DNA of 55,643 nt from Octopus bimaculoides (taxonomy: Eukaryota), in contig NC_068993.1 of the NCBI RefSeq assembly GCF_001194135.2, positions 18,016,737 through 18,072,379 on the forward strand, given 5' to 3'. This document shows positions 1 to 12,790 of this stretch, one piece after another. How positions within the stretch are numbered: the first letter of the stretch is position 1; each line of letters starts with the position of its first letter. The notes beneath the pieces are model-generated. The model did no database searches. It worked only from the letters and a program-made list of their open reading frames with translations, and had not been told where the DNA came from. Made by a program: the position numbers and the translations under genes.

Positions 1-158
1 GATGTTTTAATATATGAATGGTTTAAATTTAAACATAAAACAATTGAGAATATCTTGGTTACTTTTCTCTCTCTTTGCTTTTTTTAAAATATTTTTGTAG
101 ATTATACCCCAAATTAGAACTTCTATGTATATATATATGTATGTGAGTGTATATACAT

Positions 159-192
<34 letters not shown>

Positions 193-248
193 ATATACAT
201 ATATACATATACACACACACAAATGTATATGCATTTATGTATGCAAAG

Positions 249-295
<47 letters not shown>

Positions 296-379
296 CTAAT
301 ATAACACATTCAACAACAAACACACATGCACACACTTACACACACATGAAGCAACCTGTTTCTAAACACTAACACATTA

Positions 380-1017
380 TTAACGACGTGGTGGTACGGG
401 GGGTGGAGGTGGCAGAGCTCTTGCTGGAACTGGAGGAAGTGAGGAAGGAGGTCGAGAAGGAATCGGTGGAGGGTCTGATTTTGCATTCTGAACCTTTACT
501 TGAGAAGTTGAACTAGTAGTGATAGGATTCAAAGTTGCTGTTGGCAACGGTGGGGGTGGTTGCAAAGGGCATGTTTTGAAATCATCTGACAGTGTTTTGG
601 CATTGTTGTTGCTGTTGTTATCTTGGCCAATGTCATTTGAAGGTTGGCTGGGTTTATTCGCAGTTAGATCCCTGCGAACTGGAACCGGAGGTGGCGTTGG
701 AAAGCTTATGTTTGATGGTTTGGGGATAACCTCTGGAACCATAGCATCCATAATATTGGTTGATGAATTCAGAGACATTGGTGGTAATGTAGTTGAATTG
801 GTTGAAGAAGCAAGTGTCATCTTTTGGAGCATGTCATTTGTTTGCTTTTCTGTCTGGTTGGTCGATGACGTCACCGTTAGGTTTTCGACGCTAGCACTAT
901 AAGGGCGATTTAAATGAGATGCTTCGTTCGTATCTGTTTTATCATCAGGGGCATTGTAAGTTTGTAAACAACCAGTTGTTTGGCTACGGGATATGCTGGT
1001 CTGGGTTGAAGTAGCTC
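380..1017 (-). CDS. SYNJ1: Synaptojanin terminal coding exon, Ser/Thr/Pro-rich tail ending PPPPPVPPRR-stop
   Basis: ORF 380-1132 trimmed to the ttttcatctag acceptor at 1018-1019; several class II SH3 ligands (PPVPVRR, PPIPSRP, PPVPAR, PPVPPRR); TAA at 380-382. Confidence 0.9.
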
Positions 1018-1719
1018 CTAGATGAAAAAAAATAAATAAATAAGGAATATATGAATAAATTAATAAATAATTACAAAAAACATAATATGTAATATACTGA
1101 TAAAAATTTCTTAATTTGCATTCATTATACAAAATTATTCAAATACTGACTTCTTTCTAGGCACAAATATTAATTTTCAAAGAGGAAGTGATATAACCAT
1201 TTAATGTAATTTCCAGTATATCACTGGTACTTATTTTATTGTGCTCTAAAGGAGAAAAGGTAAGTACCAACTGACCTTTCTGTTATGTTCTAAACTAAAG
1301 AAGTGAAAAATACCGAATCTGGTTTATCTCTTTACCATCAGTACCAATGTAATTACACAAAGATACTCAAAAATAATTAAGCATGAAAATTTGCAGCAAC
1401 TCTTCAACATGGATCTGACAAAAAAAATATTTGTTAGGCAAATATGTAAAAATATTGGTAAAGAAATAGGTTCCTTTTATTTTATACAAAATTAAAAATT
1501 TTTGCTGTACATGGACAGCGGATGGCAAAATATTGTAGAGTATCAGACAAAATACTTTATAGTATTTAGTTACATTTCTTCATGGTTCTACATTCAAATC
1601 TTTCTTGGGACTAATTTCTTCTTGTATTTCTAAGGATCAATTAAAATGACCATGGTCCATTTCTAAAATATGTGGCCTTGTGCCAATGCTGGAAATTACT
1701 GTTATCGTTGGTGATTAAC

Positions 1720-2020
1720 TCCAGCAATCCTTTGTTAATACATCTAGTATCCCAGTCAGTTCAGGTATAATAAAACTCTAACAAATCTTGTAACTACTAG
1801 ATTTGCTATCACAGGGCAGACTTAGACAACTAAGACCTATGCTGACGTATCAACTAACATTGGTCAGTCCTGTCTGAGTAACACATCTTGTATCTGCAAG
1901 CAGTTTTATAGTAATACCCTTCAATAACCCCAGTCAGTCCTGTTTTAACAAACAGTAGTCCCAATCAGTCCTGTGTTAATACATCTAGCAGTCCCAGTCA
2001 ATTCTGTGTTAACACACCTC
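1720..2020 (+). repeat. Degenerate minisatellite, about 30-bp unit (CCCAGTCAGTCCTGTGTTAATACATCTAG)
   Basis: Five to six diverged units; the three at 1929-2020 are the best preserved. Confidence 0.6.
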
Positions 2021-2759
2021 TGGTGTAGAAGTAACCAATCGGATTTGTATGAGCAACTGCTGAGCCCAGCAAACCAGATATAATCCAGGCTGATGCAGAA
2101 ATATCTTACATACTCTGTCATATAATGTTTCAATTAAATTGCTGTCCAAAGTTTCTCTAGAAATGTATCTGGTAATTACATACAAAATAAAAACACGATG
2201 GGACCTCAGTGTACAAAATACCATATTTATGGAATCTTGTTGTAGGAGCTTAGTAACTCAGCACAATTTGTGCTTGCCTAGATTCAATGAAATTGAATTT
2301 AGGATAAGGAAGTAGTGTTTTAACATTAATGTAGTTTTAGAAGCTATGTGGGTCAGATTAGAGAGATTATGAACTCAAGCTGAGCATTTTGACTGAATTG
2401 TGTAATTGGTTGAGTAGTGGGTATAATATATCTGTAGATACCTGCAACGATTAATGTGAACTGTTTTAGATGGTTAATAGCAAAAAGACTAAGAGTCAAA
2501 GTAAGATTATCAAAAGTAAACTAATGCTTAATTTGACTAAATTAATAAATGGTAAAATGGCAAAATCATTAGAGCAATGAATGAAATGCCTTGTGGCCTT
2601 TATTCTAGTCTCGTGTTCTGAATACAAACTCTGCCAAGGTTGATTTTGATTTTGATTCTTCTGGGAGTTAATAAATAAAACTGACATCTGGGGCTGATAA
2701 AAATATGTGTGGTACCTTAGTAGAATCCTAAGAACATTAGACAGGATGTCTTCCAGCAT

Positions 2760-3130
2760 CTCTTTGTGTTCTGAGTTCAAATCCTGCTTTGGTCTAATTG
2801 GGTGGTAAACCTCATCGGTCATCCACTTGGTCCTTATTTTTTTTATATGTTTTAGTAAGGTGGGAAGGTAGTGTCCATGATCAGGGCCCCTGAAGCTGGT
2901 GGGTGGAGGAGAAAAGTACAAAGGTATCCTCAAACTGGAAACCTGTTCCAAATGCTTACCATTAAAGGCCAGGTGGTGTTAAACTAGGTTGACAGGTTAA
3001 GTCTACCATCCAAGGTCTTTTGGTCCCTTTAGAGGGGTTCAAATTTGCTGAAAGCATTTGGACCAAATCTCTGGTTTGAGGACCCCTCCCCACTCCTCCA
3101 GTTTCAGTGGCCCGCTAAAGACTCTAGGGA
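2760..3130 (-). mobile_element. Highly decayed LINE RT-thumb fragment
   Basis: FNGKHLEQVSSL resembles LNG..LEQV.SFKYLG; the rest of ORF 2496-2951 has no clear homology. Confidence 0.3.
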
Positions 3131-3455
3131 GCTGCCTTTTTCACCTGATTAAGCAATAAATAAATGAATAAAAAACTGTTGTGGTGATGAATGTTCAATG
3201 GGTGTTTGTTATTCATCTTTAGAGTTTGCTAATTGATTAATTAGTTAATGCGTACTGTGTAATCTAAGTGACACTGAAGGGTTGGATGTGATGTGCAGGC
3301 TTGGCTATGTGGATAAGAAGTTTGCTTCCCAACCACAGGGAATTCAGGTTCAATCTCACTGCATAACATCATGGGCAAGCATCTTCTACTATAGCCCTGA
3401 GCTAACCAAAGCCTTATGAATGGATTTGGTGGACACAGAAACTGAAAGAAGCTCA

Positions 3456-3506
<51 letters not shown>

Positions 3507-3507
3507 G

Positions 3508-3550
<43 letters not shown>

Positions 3551-3589
3551 CGAATGTGGTTGATGCCAGCACCTCCTCCCAGACTTGCT

Positions 3590-3845
3590 CCTATGCAGGT
3601 AGCACATAAAAAACACCATTTGAGCGTGGCCATTGTCAGTACTGCCTGACTGGCCTTCGTGCCGGTGGCACATAAAAGCACTTACTACACTCTTGGAATG
3701 GTTGGTGTTAGGAAGGGCATCCAGCTGTAGAAACTCTGCCAGATCAGACTGGAGCCTGGTGCAGCCACCTGGTTCGCCAGTCCTCAGTCAAATCGTCCAA
3801 CCCATGCCAGCATGGAAAGCGGACGTTAAACGATGATGATGATGA
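3590..3845 (+). mobile_element. RTE 3'-end repeat with (GAT)n tail
   Basis: GGTTGG.GTTAGGAAGGGCATCCAGCTGTAGAAACTCTGCC...CCCATGCTAGCATGGAAAGCGGACGTTAAACGATGATGAT; copies about 4070-4170, 5445-5660, 8670-8870, 9670-9880, 11660-11800, 12280-12670, 18769-18850, 41395-41620, 46280-46620, plus older relatives. Confidence 0.85.
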
Positions 3846-4024
3846 TATATATATATATATATATTCATTTTTATTCATTTTCATTTTATCTAGTTTCAGC
3901 TCATGAGCTGTGGCCATGCTGGGCATATATATTTCTGTATATATATATATATATATACATATATATATACACACATACATATATATTTTGCGTTCTTGTC
4001 TTATTTTGTATTATTTATGTTATT

Positions 4025-4057
<33 letters not shown>

Positions 4058-4193
4058 ATGTATATATTTCTGAGCCTGGTGTAGCCATCTGGTTGCACCA
4101 GTCCTCAGTCAAATCGTCCAACCCATGCTAGCATGGAAAGCGGACGTTAAACGATGATGATGATGGTGATGATATATATCTAATAATTAATAA

Positions 4194-4770
4194 ATATCAG
4201 GGTAAGAAAATAATTTAAAAAATTTTTCACCACCAGTGGCCTAGCATGTAGAAAACTAGTTAATACATTAAACACATAAGAGGTGACCACCATAGGACAC
4301 TTAGCATGCTAGACAGAATAGCCAAAATCCAAACCACTATTAGGGACAAATCTCGAAGGGAATGAAAAATAAAAACATTTACCATCTATCTCCTGGACCA
4401 TGGTTTCTAGCTTTATGTTAGCAAATAAAATAATTTGCTAGGCAGAGCCTTCATCAACAGGTATGCCGAGATTAAACATATAAATACGAGGCAATCCAGC
4501 ATGTGCCTCGTGCTTATATATTATAATTTTTCAAATCCACCATGGAAGCGCAGTTTTTTGTCAGCAGCAAATAAAATAATCCCAGCGTTTCTTCGAAATT
4601 TGCCAAAAATTATCAATAATTACTAGATATCAGGCTAAGAAAAAATTTTAGAAATATTTTACTACCACTGGCCTAGTATGTAGAAAACTAGTTAATAGAC
4701 TATATATTATTCATATAAATACAGTGTACATTTAATAGTGGTTTGGATTTTGGCTATTCGTTTGGCTATT
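4194..4770. mobile_element. Rearranged repeat with direct and inverted modules, probably Penelope-related
   Basis: About 72-bp direct repeat (4194-4265, 4627-4697) and perfect 27-bp inverted repeat (4316-4342, 4733-4759); the direct module resembles 14660-14745, downstream of the PLE RT. Confidence 0.5.
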
Positions 4771-6984
4771 AGGGGGAAATGTGTGTGTGTGTGTGTCTTT
4801 GTCTATACATCATCATACTACAAGTGAGGTTGTTTGTTTACAGTTGTCCATGAAAAACATGTCTAGTTATGGCAAAATATTACCTTCTTTGGAATCAGAT
4901 GGGGATTTGTGACAGTAAAGGTATCTGGCTGTAGAAAACCTACTTTAACAAATTTTATCTGACCCATGCAAGCATAGAAAAGTAGATATTAAATGATGAT
5001 GATGATGACGTAAAAATCAGATAATGTTGAATAGAGACACTACCAAACATAGGATACAGGATATGGTCGTGTTTTGTTAGAATAATTCCCACTTAGTTCA
5101 ATAGCAGATTGTTTATTGTAACAAATATTTGAGGTCACAGATGTTGGATGGAAACATTGTGCTAAAGTTTCTAGAGCAGTGATGTGTTTAAAACCAGCAA
5201 GGAAAACAACTAAATGATTGATTTATTCAATCAATCGATAAATTAGTAGATTGTCCAGCCCATGCCAGCGTGGAAAATAGACGTTAAAGGATGCTGAAGA
5301 TAATGATAATAATGCATTTAGATTTCACAGTGAAAGAATCACAAAGGCTTGTCACTCTGTCAGTTAGGATGATAAATATTCCACTTGATTTGAAGACACG
5401 AGTATCCTTAACATAGTTCTCAGGGAGATTCAGCATCATCATCATCATTGTTTAATGTCCACTTTCCATGCTAGCATAGGTTGGACGATTTGACTGAGGA
5501 CTGGTGAACCAGATGGCTGCACCAGGCTCCAATCTGATCTGGCAGTTTCTACAGCTGGATGCCCTTCCTAACGCCAACCACTCCAAGAGTGTAGTGGGTG
5601 CTTTTATGTACCACCGGCACGATGGCCAGTCAGGTGGTACTGGCAACGGCCACGCTCAATGATATACAAAATGTGACAAGGCTGGCCCTTTGAACTAGAT
5701 GTACTCCATCAAAGAGGAAAGAAATGATCTCATGTATTTAATTACAAGGAATCTGACAACTGATAACTTTTTCTAATCACATGTCCAGTTCTAAGAATAT
5801 GTGATCAGAATATGTTGCAGTAAAGAATCTCCAGATGGATTCTTCAAGCTGAGCCATCTGGCGCAGGAGATTCAGAGGCAGATTAAGAATAAGGTGGTTG
5901 GATAATGTCCATGTAGGCCATTGTGGGATTTGATTTCAGAATACAAAGAACTGGGCTGGAACAAATACCACAAGGCATCCAATCTGACATCCTTACAGTT
6001 CCACCAAACCACCATTCGGGTTTGCTTCTTTTTTTTTTTCTTTATTGACTTCAGAAGAACGAAAGACAAAAATAAACCTCGATGGGAATTAAACTCAGAG
6101 CACAAAGAGTATGATATTCTAAAGACTCTGCCAATTTGGCATCTAAACTGGTAAATAATTCAATTAATAAAGAAATTAAACATGAAAAAAAAAAAAAAAA
6201 CAGAATTAGATACAGTAAAATGTAGGCTAACATACATAATGCAGTGAGGACAAAATAATTTTTTGATTAATTGAAATTATAATGAAAAGATTAAAAAAAA
6301 CCCATTAGTGTTAATGACAATTGTAGATGAAGTACAAGCATAGCTGTGTGGTTAAAAAGCTTGTTTTACAACCATGTGATTTTGGATTCAGTCCCACTGC
6401 ATAACACCTTGGACAAGTGTCTTCTACTACAGTACCAGATGAACCAATGCTTTGTGAGTGAATTTAGTAGATGGAAACTATGGAAGCCTGTTGTATATAT
6501 ATGTATGTGTGTCTTTGTGTTTGTATTTGGCTGCAGCCACCGCCACCACTTGATAACCAGTATTAGTTAGTTTATGTCCCTGTAACTTAGCAGTTAGCAA
6601 AAGAGACTGATAGAATATGTACCAGACTTAGGAAAAAAAATCTGGGTTAGATTTATTCGACTAAAACCTCTTTTGGTAGTACCCCTGCATGGTTGCTGTT
6701 CAATTACTGAAACAAGTAAAAGATAAAAGGTAAAAAATGAGAAAGGTAAAGTCAAGAATTCTAACATTTAAACAGACTAAAAATTAATGGAGACATGCAA
6801 TAAAGAGTCTGATCTTTGATTAAAATGGTGGCAACTGTGGATATGTTTTGACATTAATAGACCTCCTCAGTGAAGTCTAACATGTTTTCACAACACCAGA
6901 GAATAACTTGAAGAGGATATAGTTTTTGTGTGAAAATGATTATTTACTGATGAAGCAATTTAGAATTCTGTTGTGTTTGGGCAT

Positions 6985-7238
6985 AGTCATTTTCTTTTTG
7001 TGCCTTATAATTTAACACACTTACCGGTAAAATTTCCATTTATTTCTTGTTTTTATTTTCCTAAAATTTTCGTTGCGTCTTGCAACCTTTACAATAGTCT
7101 TGACTATGATCGGACAGAGTCAAGACTATTGAAAAGGTTGCTAGACGCAATGAAAAGTTTAGGAAAATAAAAATAAGAAATAAGTGGAAATTTTACCGGT
7201 GAGTGTGTTAAATCATAAGGCACAAAAAGAAAATGACT
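6985..7238. repeat. Long fold-back inverted repeat (about 120-bp arms, 12-nt loop)
   Basis: agtcattttctttttgtgcc...caatagtcttgact (6985-7105) pairs with agtcaagactattg...ggcacaaaaagaaaatgact (7118-7238). Confidence 0.9.
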
Positions 7239-7480
7239 CTCCCCAGACACAACAGAACATGCTTCAACACACAAACTCACATAAAGAATCTTGCAAACCA
7301 AATCCAAAAATGAAATACAATTTAGAATTGACATTGGAAAATTTCTCACTTTTGTTACACTCTCTATTTCTCCCTCTATTTGAAGGATGCACACCAAATG
7401 TGAACTGAAAAATTATTTACTTTCATCAAAGAAAACAGCAACAACAATGAAACTAAGAAAGCAAACAACTCTGTACCGAC

Positions 7481-7595
7481 CTCCAGTAGTTGGGGTTTGG
7501 TTAGACATTAAATTGCTTAGTATTTTCTCAGCACTGCTTGCATCAGTAGCATGACAATGATGCTGTACATTGATTGGAGAACTAATACTGGAGAT
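7481..7595 (-). CDS. SYNJ1: Synaptojanin tail exon with CRIB-like motif (ISSISSPINVQHHCHATDASSAEKILSNLMSNQTPTTG)
   Basis: tttttcag acceptor, G|GTCGGT donor; 115 nt, phase 0 to 1 fits the last exon; open frame in otherwise AT-rich intron. Confidence 0.72.
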
Positions 7596-7686
7596 CTGAA
7601 AAATATAAATTGAATATAAAAAACAGTAGCAATTTTAGTCAGCTGTATTAAAAATATAAATCTAGAACAAACAGCAATACTGTTAT

Positions 7687-7854
7687 AGAAGTGATTTTTT
7701 AAATTCTCAATCGCAGAATAATGCTAATAATATAGCCTGAACAGGATACACAGCTAGCCACCTACACTTTTCTCTGCAAAATAGGGGTAGTTTATCCTGT
7801 TCAGGCTATATTATTAGCATTATTCTGCGATTGAGAATTTAAAAAATCATTTCT
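7687..7854. repeat. 62-bp inverted repeat with 44-nt spacer (MITE-like)
   Basis: 7687-7748 versus 7793-7854, one mismatch. Confidence 0.9.
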
Positions 7855-7989
7855 TTAACTTTCTAATAGACATCTCAATGCTTCTAAAAAAGCAAACTTC
7901 ATTTGTTTATTTATGTTTGTCATAATTTGAATTTAATACTGTTATAGTTGTTCCAATGTACATAGAGACTATAGAAATGATACAAGGAT

Positions 7990-8170
7990 TATGAGAGGGT
8001 GCTGAAAAGTTCCTGGCTTTGGGTAGTAGAAAATACAGAAGGATCAGATAATTATAATTTTATTCAATATATTCCCTCTCAGATTCACACACTGCAGCAG
8101 TCTTTCAATTTTACTAAACCCTGAAAAAGATCTCAGAAAGTTGGGCTGCCAGCCAGGTCTTTCATGATTT
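7990..8170 (+). mobile_element. Tc1/mariner-like terminal fragment
   Basis: TA followed by TGAGAGGGTGCTGAAAAGTTCC resembles mariner TIRs (TACGAGGG...AAAAGT); no partner TIR found. Confidence 0.4.
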
Positions 8171-8944
8171 CAGCTCCCCCTTTAAAAGTGTTTAAGGCTT
8201 TAAATATTTTGTAATATGAATGTAACTGTTCACAACACTGATCACCTGCCAATCAACGGAACATGTAAGCCAGATAGAATTACATACTTACCAAGAAATA
8301 AGATAGGTGACTAGATGTGAATACTAAGTCCTAACCTGGTGAAGAATGAAGTACTCAATACACACTGGTGACCAGGAACTTGAGGATAAGAATTAGATGG
8401 ACTTAGAGACAAAAGACAATCCGGAGAAGACAGGTATGGAGGTTGAAACATCCTTTGGCCAGATGTAGATTTACAGAATTAGATGTGTATGTTGAGAGAG
8501 GAGGGGAAGATATAGAGACTTATAACATATAGGGCAATCAGGAATTTTTACAAGACAACCTATTGCAAATCATAGAGCAAATCTATGGATGGAGCAAGGT
8601 TTCAGCCTTGTGGCATGGTAGAGGATTGGAATGATACAGGAGGAGGAGATGATAATGATGTCCTCATCATCATCCTTTAATGTCCATTTTTCATGCTGGC
8701 ATGGGTTTGACAGTTTGACCAGAGCTGGCAAGCAGGAGAGCTGCACCAGGCTCCAGTCTGATTTGGTTCGGTTTCTATGGTTGGATACCCTTCAAAACAC
8801 CAACTACTTTACAGAATATGCTGAGTGCTTTCAACATGGCACCAGCATTAGTGCTATTTTGAGGCGCTGGCATGAGTGCTTTACACATGGCAAAGGAGAA
8901 AGCAAAAAACAATATCAGTTAACTAGAAGTTAGATGTTAGATAT

Positions 8945-9260
8945 AGATAGCAAGGGGAGACACTGAAAGTGAGAGGTTTGCCAATGTTCTGTGATGAGAA
9001 GATCAGTGGTGTGAGGTGTTCAGGATTGCAAAGCAATGTAGCAATGTATTGGTGATAATCAGGATGCAATTGGGAAATAGTGTGTATGGAATGATAGTGG
9101 TGCACTTGCTTTCATTGAAACCGACTGAGGGTGGGGACACACACTCAAAAGCACTATTAAGGATATGAAGGCATGGAAAATACCCTGAACATCAAGGACA
9201 GTTACTGAAATGCTGAAAATATCCAGCAAAATGGGAGACATACTAATCCCTTGCACAATC
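8945..9260 (+). mobile_element. Decayed RTE ORF2 endonuclease-RT linker fragment
   Basis: EDQWCEVFRIAKQC and CVWNDSGALAF resemble the RTE linker as recalled; many stops. Confidence 0.4.
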
Positions 9261-9972
9261 AATCAGGTAGATCTGATGTTACTGGAGTAGTGGTAACATG
9301 ATCAAACAGCTATAAAGGTAAACAAGATAAACAAGACGGAAGCAAGCACAGAGACATCAGATTGATGGACAGTTATAAAATAGAAAGAATCATAATTACA
9401 ACTGAAGAAAATTAATTAGCTTTGATGAGATGCAGTTTGGGTTTCTGCTAGGATAGCCTATCACTGATGCTCTCTTCCAAGAGAGACAGCTATGAGAAAT
9501 GTTCCTAAATATATGGGAGGCAGAGAGGCTGGGATTGAGAGTGAATGAGATAATCATCAGGATAGCAGACAATGAAATATAAGAAATGGTAAAAAAAAAA
9601 AAAAAATCAGTGAGAGAAGAGATAATATAAGTAAGAGAGAAGATGTGGAAATAACAAAAATAGAGCGCCAGACTGGCCCTCATGCCGGTGGCACGTAAAA
9701 AGCACCCACTACACTCTCGGAGTGGTTGACGTTAGGAAGGGCATCCAGCTGTAGAAACTCTGCCAGATGAGATTGGAGTTTGGTGTAGCCATCTGGTTCG
9801 CCAGTCTCCAGTTAAATTGTTCAACCCATGCTAACATGGAAAGCGGATGTTAAATGATGATGATGATGATAATGATGAGATTTATAGTGAAGAAGTGGGA
9901 TTTGAGATATAATGTGATAAAATAACAGAGATAGAGAGGATGAATGGATTAGAGAGAGAGAGAGAGAGAGAG

Positions 9973-10003
<31 letters not shown>

Positions 10004-10453
10004 AACAGACCAAAAGACAAACAGAAAAATTTGTGTATTATACCAAAGTGAGGTGGGAAATTGGGAAATGGAGAGATGTGGAGAAAGATTTTCATCAAGA
10101 GAAGAAAAAGAAATTTGTATGTGTGTAGATATATAAATGTAGTGGAAGTAAGAAATAATTGAACAGATGTCAGTGTGAATAATGAAGTGTGAGTGGAGGT
10201 AAAAAGAACACTAACTGGAAGATGACAAAATGAAACACAAGAAGAAAATAGAGCAAACACAGAAACATCAAGAATTACTGAAAGGAAGCAGAAAGAAATA
10301 CTGTAATTTCTTACAAATAGCTCATTAATATTACAGCTCGTTAATATTACAGGCAACAGCAGGAATACAATAAAATAAAGCAAAATATAAATATATCTTT
10401 TATCGCATTAAGAAAGTTTAGAAAAGACAAAAAAAAAAACACACACACATTAC

Positions 10454-10497
10454 CTTTGTTGCAGAAATTGGAACAATGTTTTCTGTTCTATTAGGCT
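10454..10497 (-). CDS. SYNJ1: Synaptojanin micro-exon (PNRTENIVPISATK)
   Basis: ttttcag acceptor, AAG|GTAATG donor; 44 nt, phase 1 to 0 bridges the neighbours exactly. No homology support. Confidence 0.68.
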
Positions 10498-12790
10498 CTG
10501 AAAACATACAAGAAATAACTCAGTTGAACATGAATAGTTAACAATAGTTTAACAGTTATTAGTAGCAGTTCAATTTATAGCCAGCACATTTTCTATTTGT
10601 GCAAAGAATATTATCCAAATTGCGTTAACATGCCAGGTAAATGCTTAGCAGCATCTCATCCATCTTTACATTCTGAGCTCAAATTCTGCCTTTCTTCCTT
10701 TCAGGGTCGACAAATTAAGTACCAGAGAAACACTGGGATCAATGTAATTCACTAATCCCCTTCCCCAAATTTCTAGGCCTTGTGCCTTTAGTAGAAAGGA
10801 TTATTATTATTATTTGAAGTAAAGAGGTCAGCTGGTAGAGTTGCTTGCACATTGCATAAAGTGATTAATAGCAGTTCTATTGGCTTTATGTTCCAAGTTC
10901 AAATTTCATCAAGGTCAACTTTGTCTTTCATGCTTTTGGGGGTTGATAAAATAAGTACCAATTTAGCACTGGGGTTGATATAATCAACTTGCTCTGCCTC
11001 TTAAAATTTTAGGCCTTGTGCCTAATGTAAAAAGAATTATTATTATTATTTGAAGGTGTAAGAGATTGTCAACACAACTGAGTTTGTTTGACAGGGAAGT
11101 CACAAACAGCCGCTAAAGACGAATAGATTGTCGTTATTGTTTAGTTGCATCTTAGCCCCCTATTGAGTAAACTTATGGTCAAAAGTGCTTCCAGCTGTAA
11201 TTATCCCATCTTTTCCAACCATGATGTATCTATGTCTTGGGAAAGACATTTAACTGCATAAGGTGATGAAGCTCCAGCTTGGGAGTTCAGGAGTTTTGGG
11301 AAGTGTTGAGTTACCACTTGGTCACCACTCTTTCCAATTCTACTCTTGCCTAGGATCAAGGGCTCAGTTATAAGTCAGATAGTAGATGGCCCTATCACTA
11401 AAGCAAGCTGGACTTGAAGGATGGCTGGGTTTGAGACAAGTGTCACACAGGCCCACCAGTTTGTGGATATACCCTGATGTTGCATGAACCAGTCCTCCAA
11501 CCTCAGTGTAAGATAGGCCATATGCCTCAAGTATAAGCTCAGAGAAAGAGACAGCAGGTGTACATAAATCAGCAGAAGGCAAGGGGAAACTACTGCTGTA
11601 TCTTTCCAAGAAAAATCACGAAGTTCAGATTTTTCTACAGAGGCCCATGATTGCTGATCATCATCATCATCATCGTCGTTTAACGTCCGCTTTCCATGCT
11701 AGCATGGGTTGGACGATTTGACTGAGGACTTGTGGACCAGGAGGCGACACCAGGTTCCAATCTGATTTGGCAGAGTTTCTACAGCTGAATGCCCTTGATG
11801 TCTGAAGATATGACACATGACGAGAAGGTATATCTAGAACTCTATATAATGTGTTTGTTGCTTGCTGGGTGTGGTATTATAAGAGAGAAAGAGAGGCTAT
11901 ATATTTAGGGGAGAGTATCACATTTTTTTTTAGTTTTTAAGCTGGAAAGTTTTTGTTTTTCTCTCAGTGGAAGAAAAGGAATAAGAAGAGCATCCATGTT
12001 TTATCATAGGATTCTTTATTATAACCGGAATATCTGTATATGGTCCCATCTCAGCTTTATTAAGCCTCATCAGCACAGATTAATTCAAGATATTAAGGTT
12101 TCTTTTCTTTTTCTTATATCTTAAAACTAGCCCATCTAAAGTCATTCAAGAGTTCAAAAGAAGCATTCTAACTATGACAATCCTCATCTTTTTTGTATAT
12201 CTTTTGGTTAAGTTTATCTGTTTTGTATCATTTCCTTTCTTAGGTTTTTAAGATGGTAGAGTGTGTTTTGAGATAAATTTGATTTGACTGGTGGCACGTA
12301 AAAAGCACCTTCCACAATGCCAGTGTCGCGTAACTAGCACCTGTGCCGGTGGCATGTAAAAGGCACCTTTCAAACGCTGGGCCTCATGGAGGCAATGACA
12401 AATGACCGAGACCTTCAGCAATATGCCGTGCTTGAGTAGAAGACCAATCAAGCCAAGTTCATTCGTAGTCATAGGAGATACTGGTGTCACACAACTGGCA
12501 CCCATGCCAGTGGCACATAAAAGCAGCCATTATACTCTCAGAGTGGTTGGCATTAGGAAGGGCATCCAGCCTTAGAAACCATGCCAAATCAGACTGGAGT
12601 CTAGTGCAGCCCCTCAGCTTACCAACCCTGGTCAAACTGTCCAAACCATGCCAGCATAGACAATGGACATTTCAATATAATAACATTGTTTCATTACTTT
12701 TTCAGGGACTTGCATTCTTTCTGTGCTTAGAAAATGTTACCCTACTGTTTTTAGCTTTTATCTTCCTTCACTCTAACTAATGAGAAGTCA

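Noticed and set aside
7-234. IY/CV/TH-rich ORFs here and throughout the window
   Set aside because: Translations of (TA)n and (CA)n microsatellites.
519-902. 127-aa plus-strand ORF
   Set aside because: Antisense shadow of the Pro/Thr-rich terminal exon; no independent motif.
3775-3800. CTGAGGA-CTGG-tgaa/cgaa-CCAG in the RTE tail copies
   Set aside because: Resembles a hammerhead 5' core plus stem II, but no GAAA follows.
9900-10420. 144-aa hydrophobic minus-strand ORF
   Set aside because: Product of (GA)n and purine-skewed low-complexity sequence; no splice or homology support.
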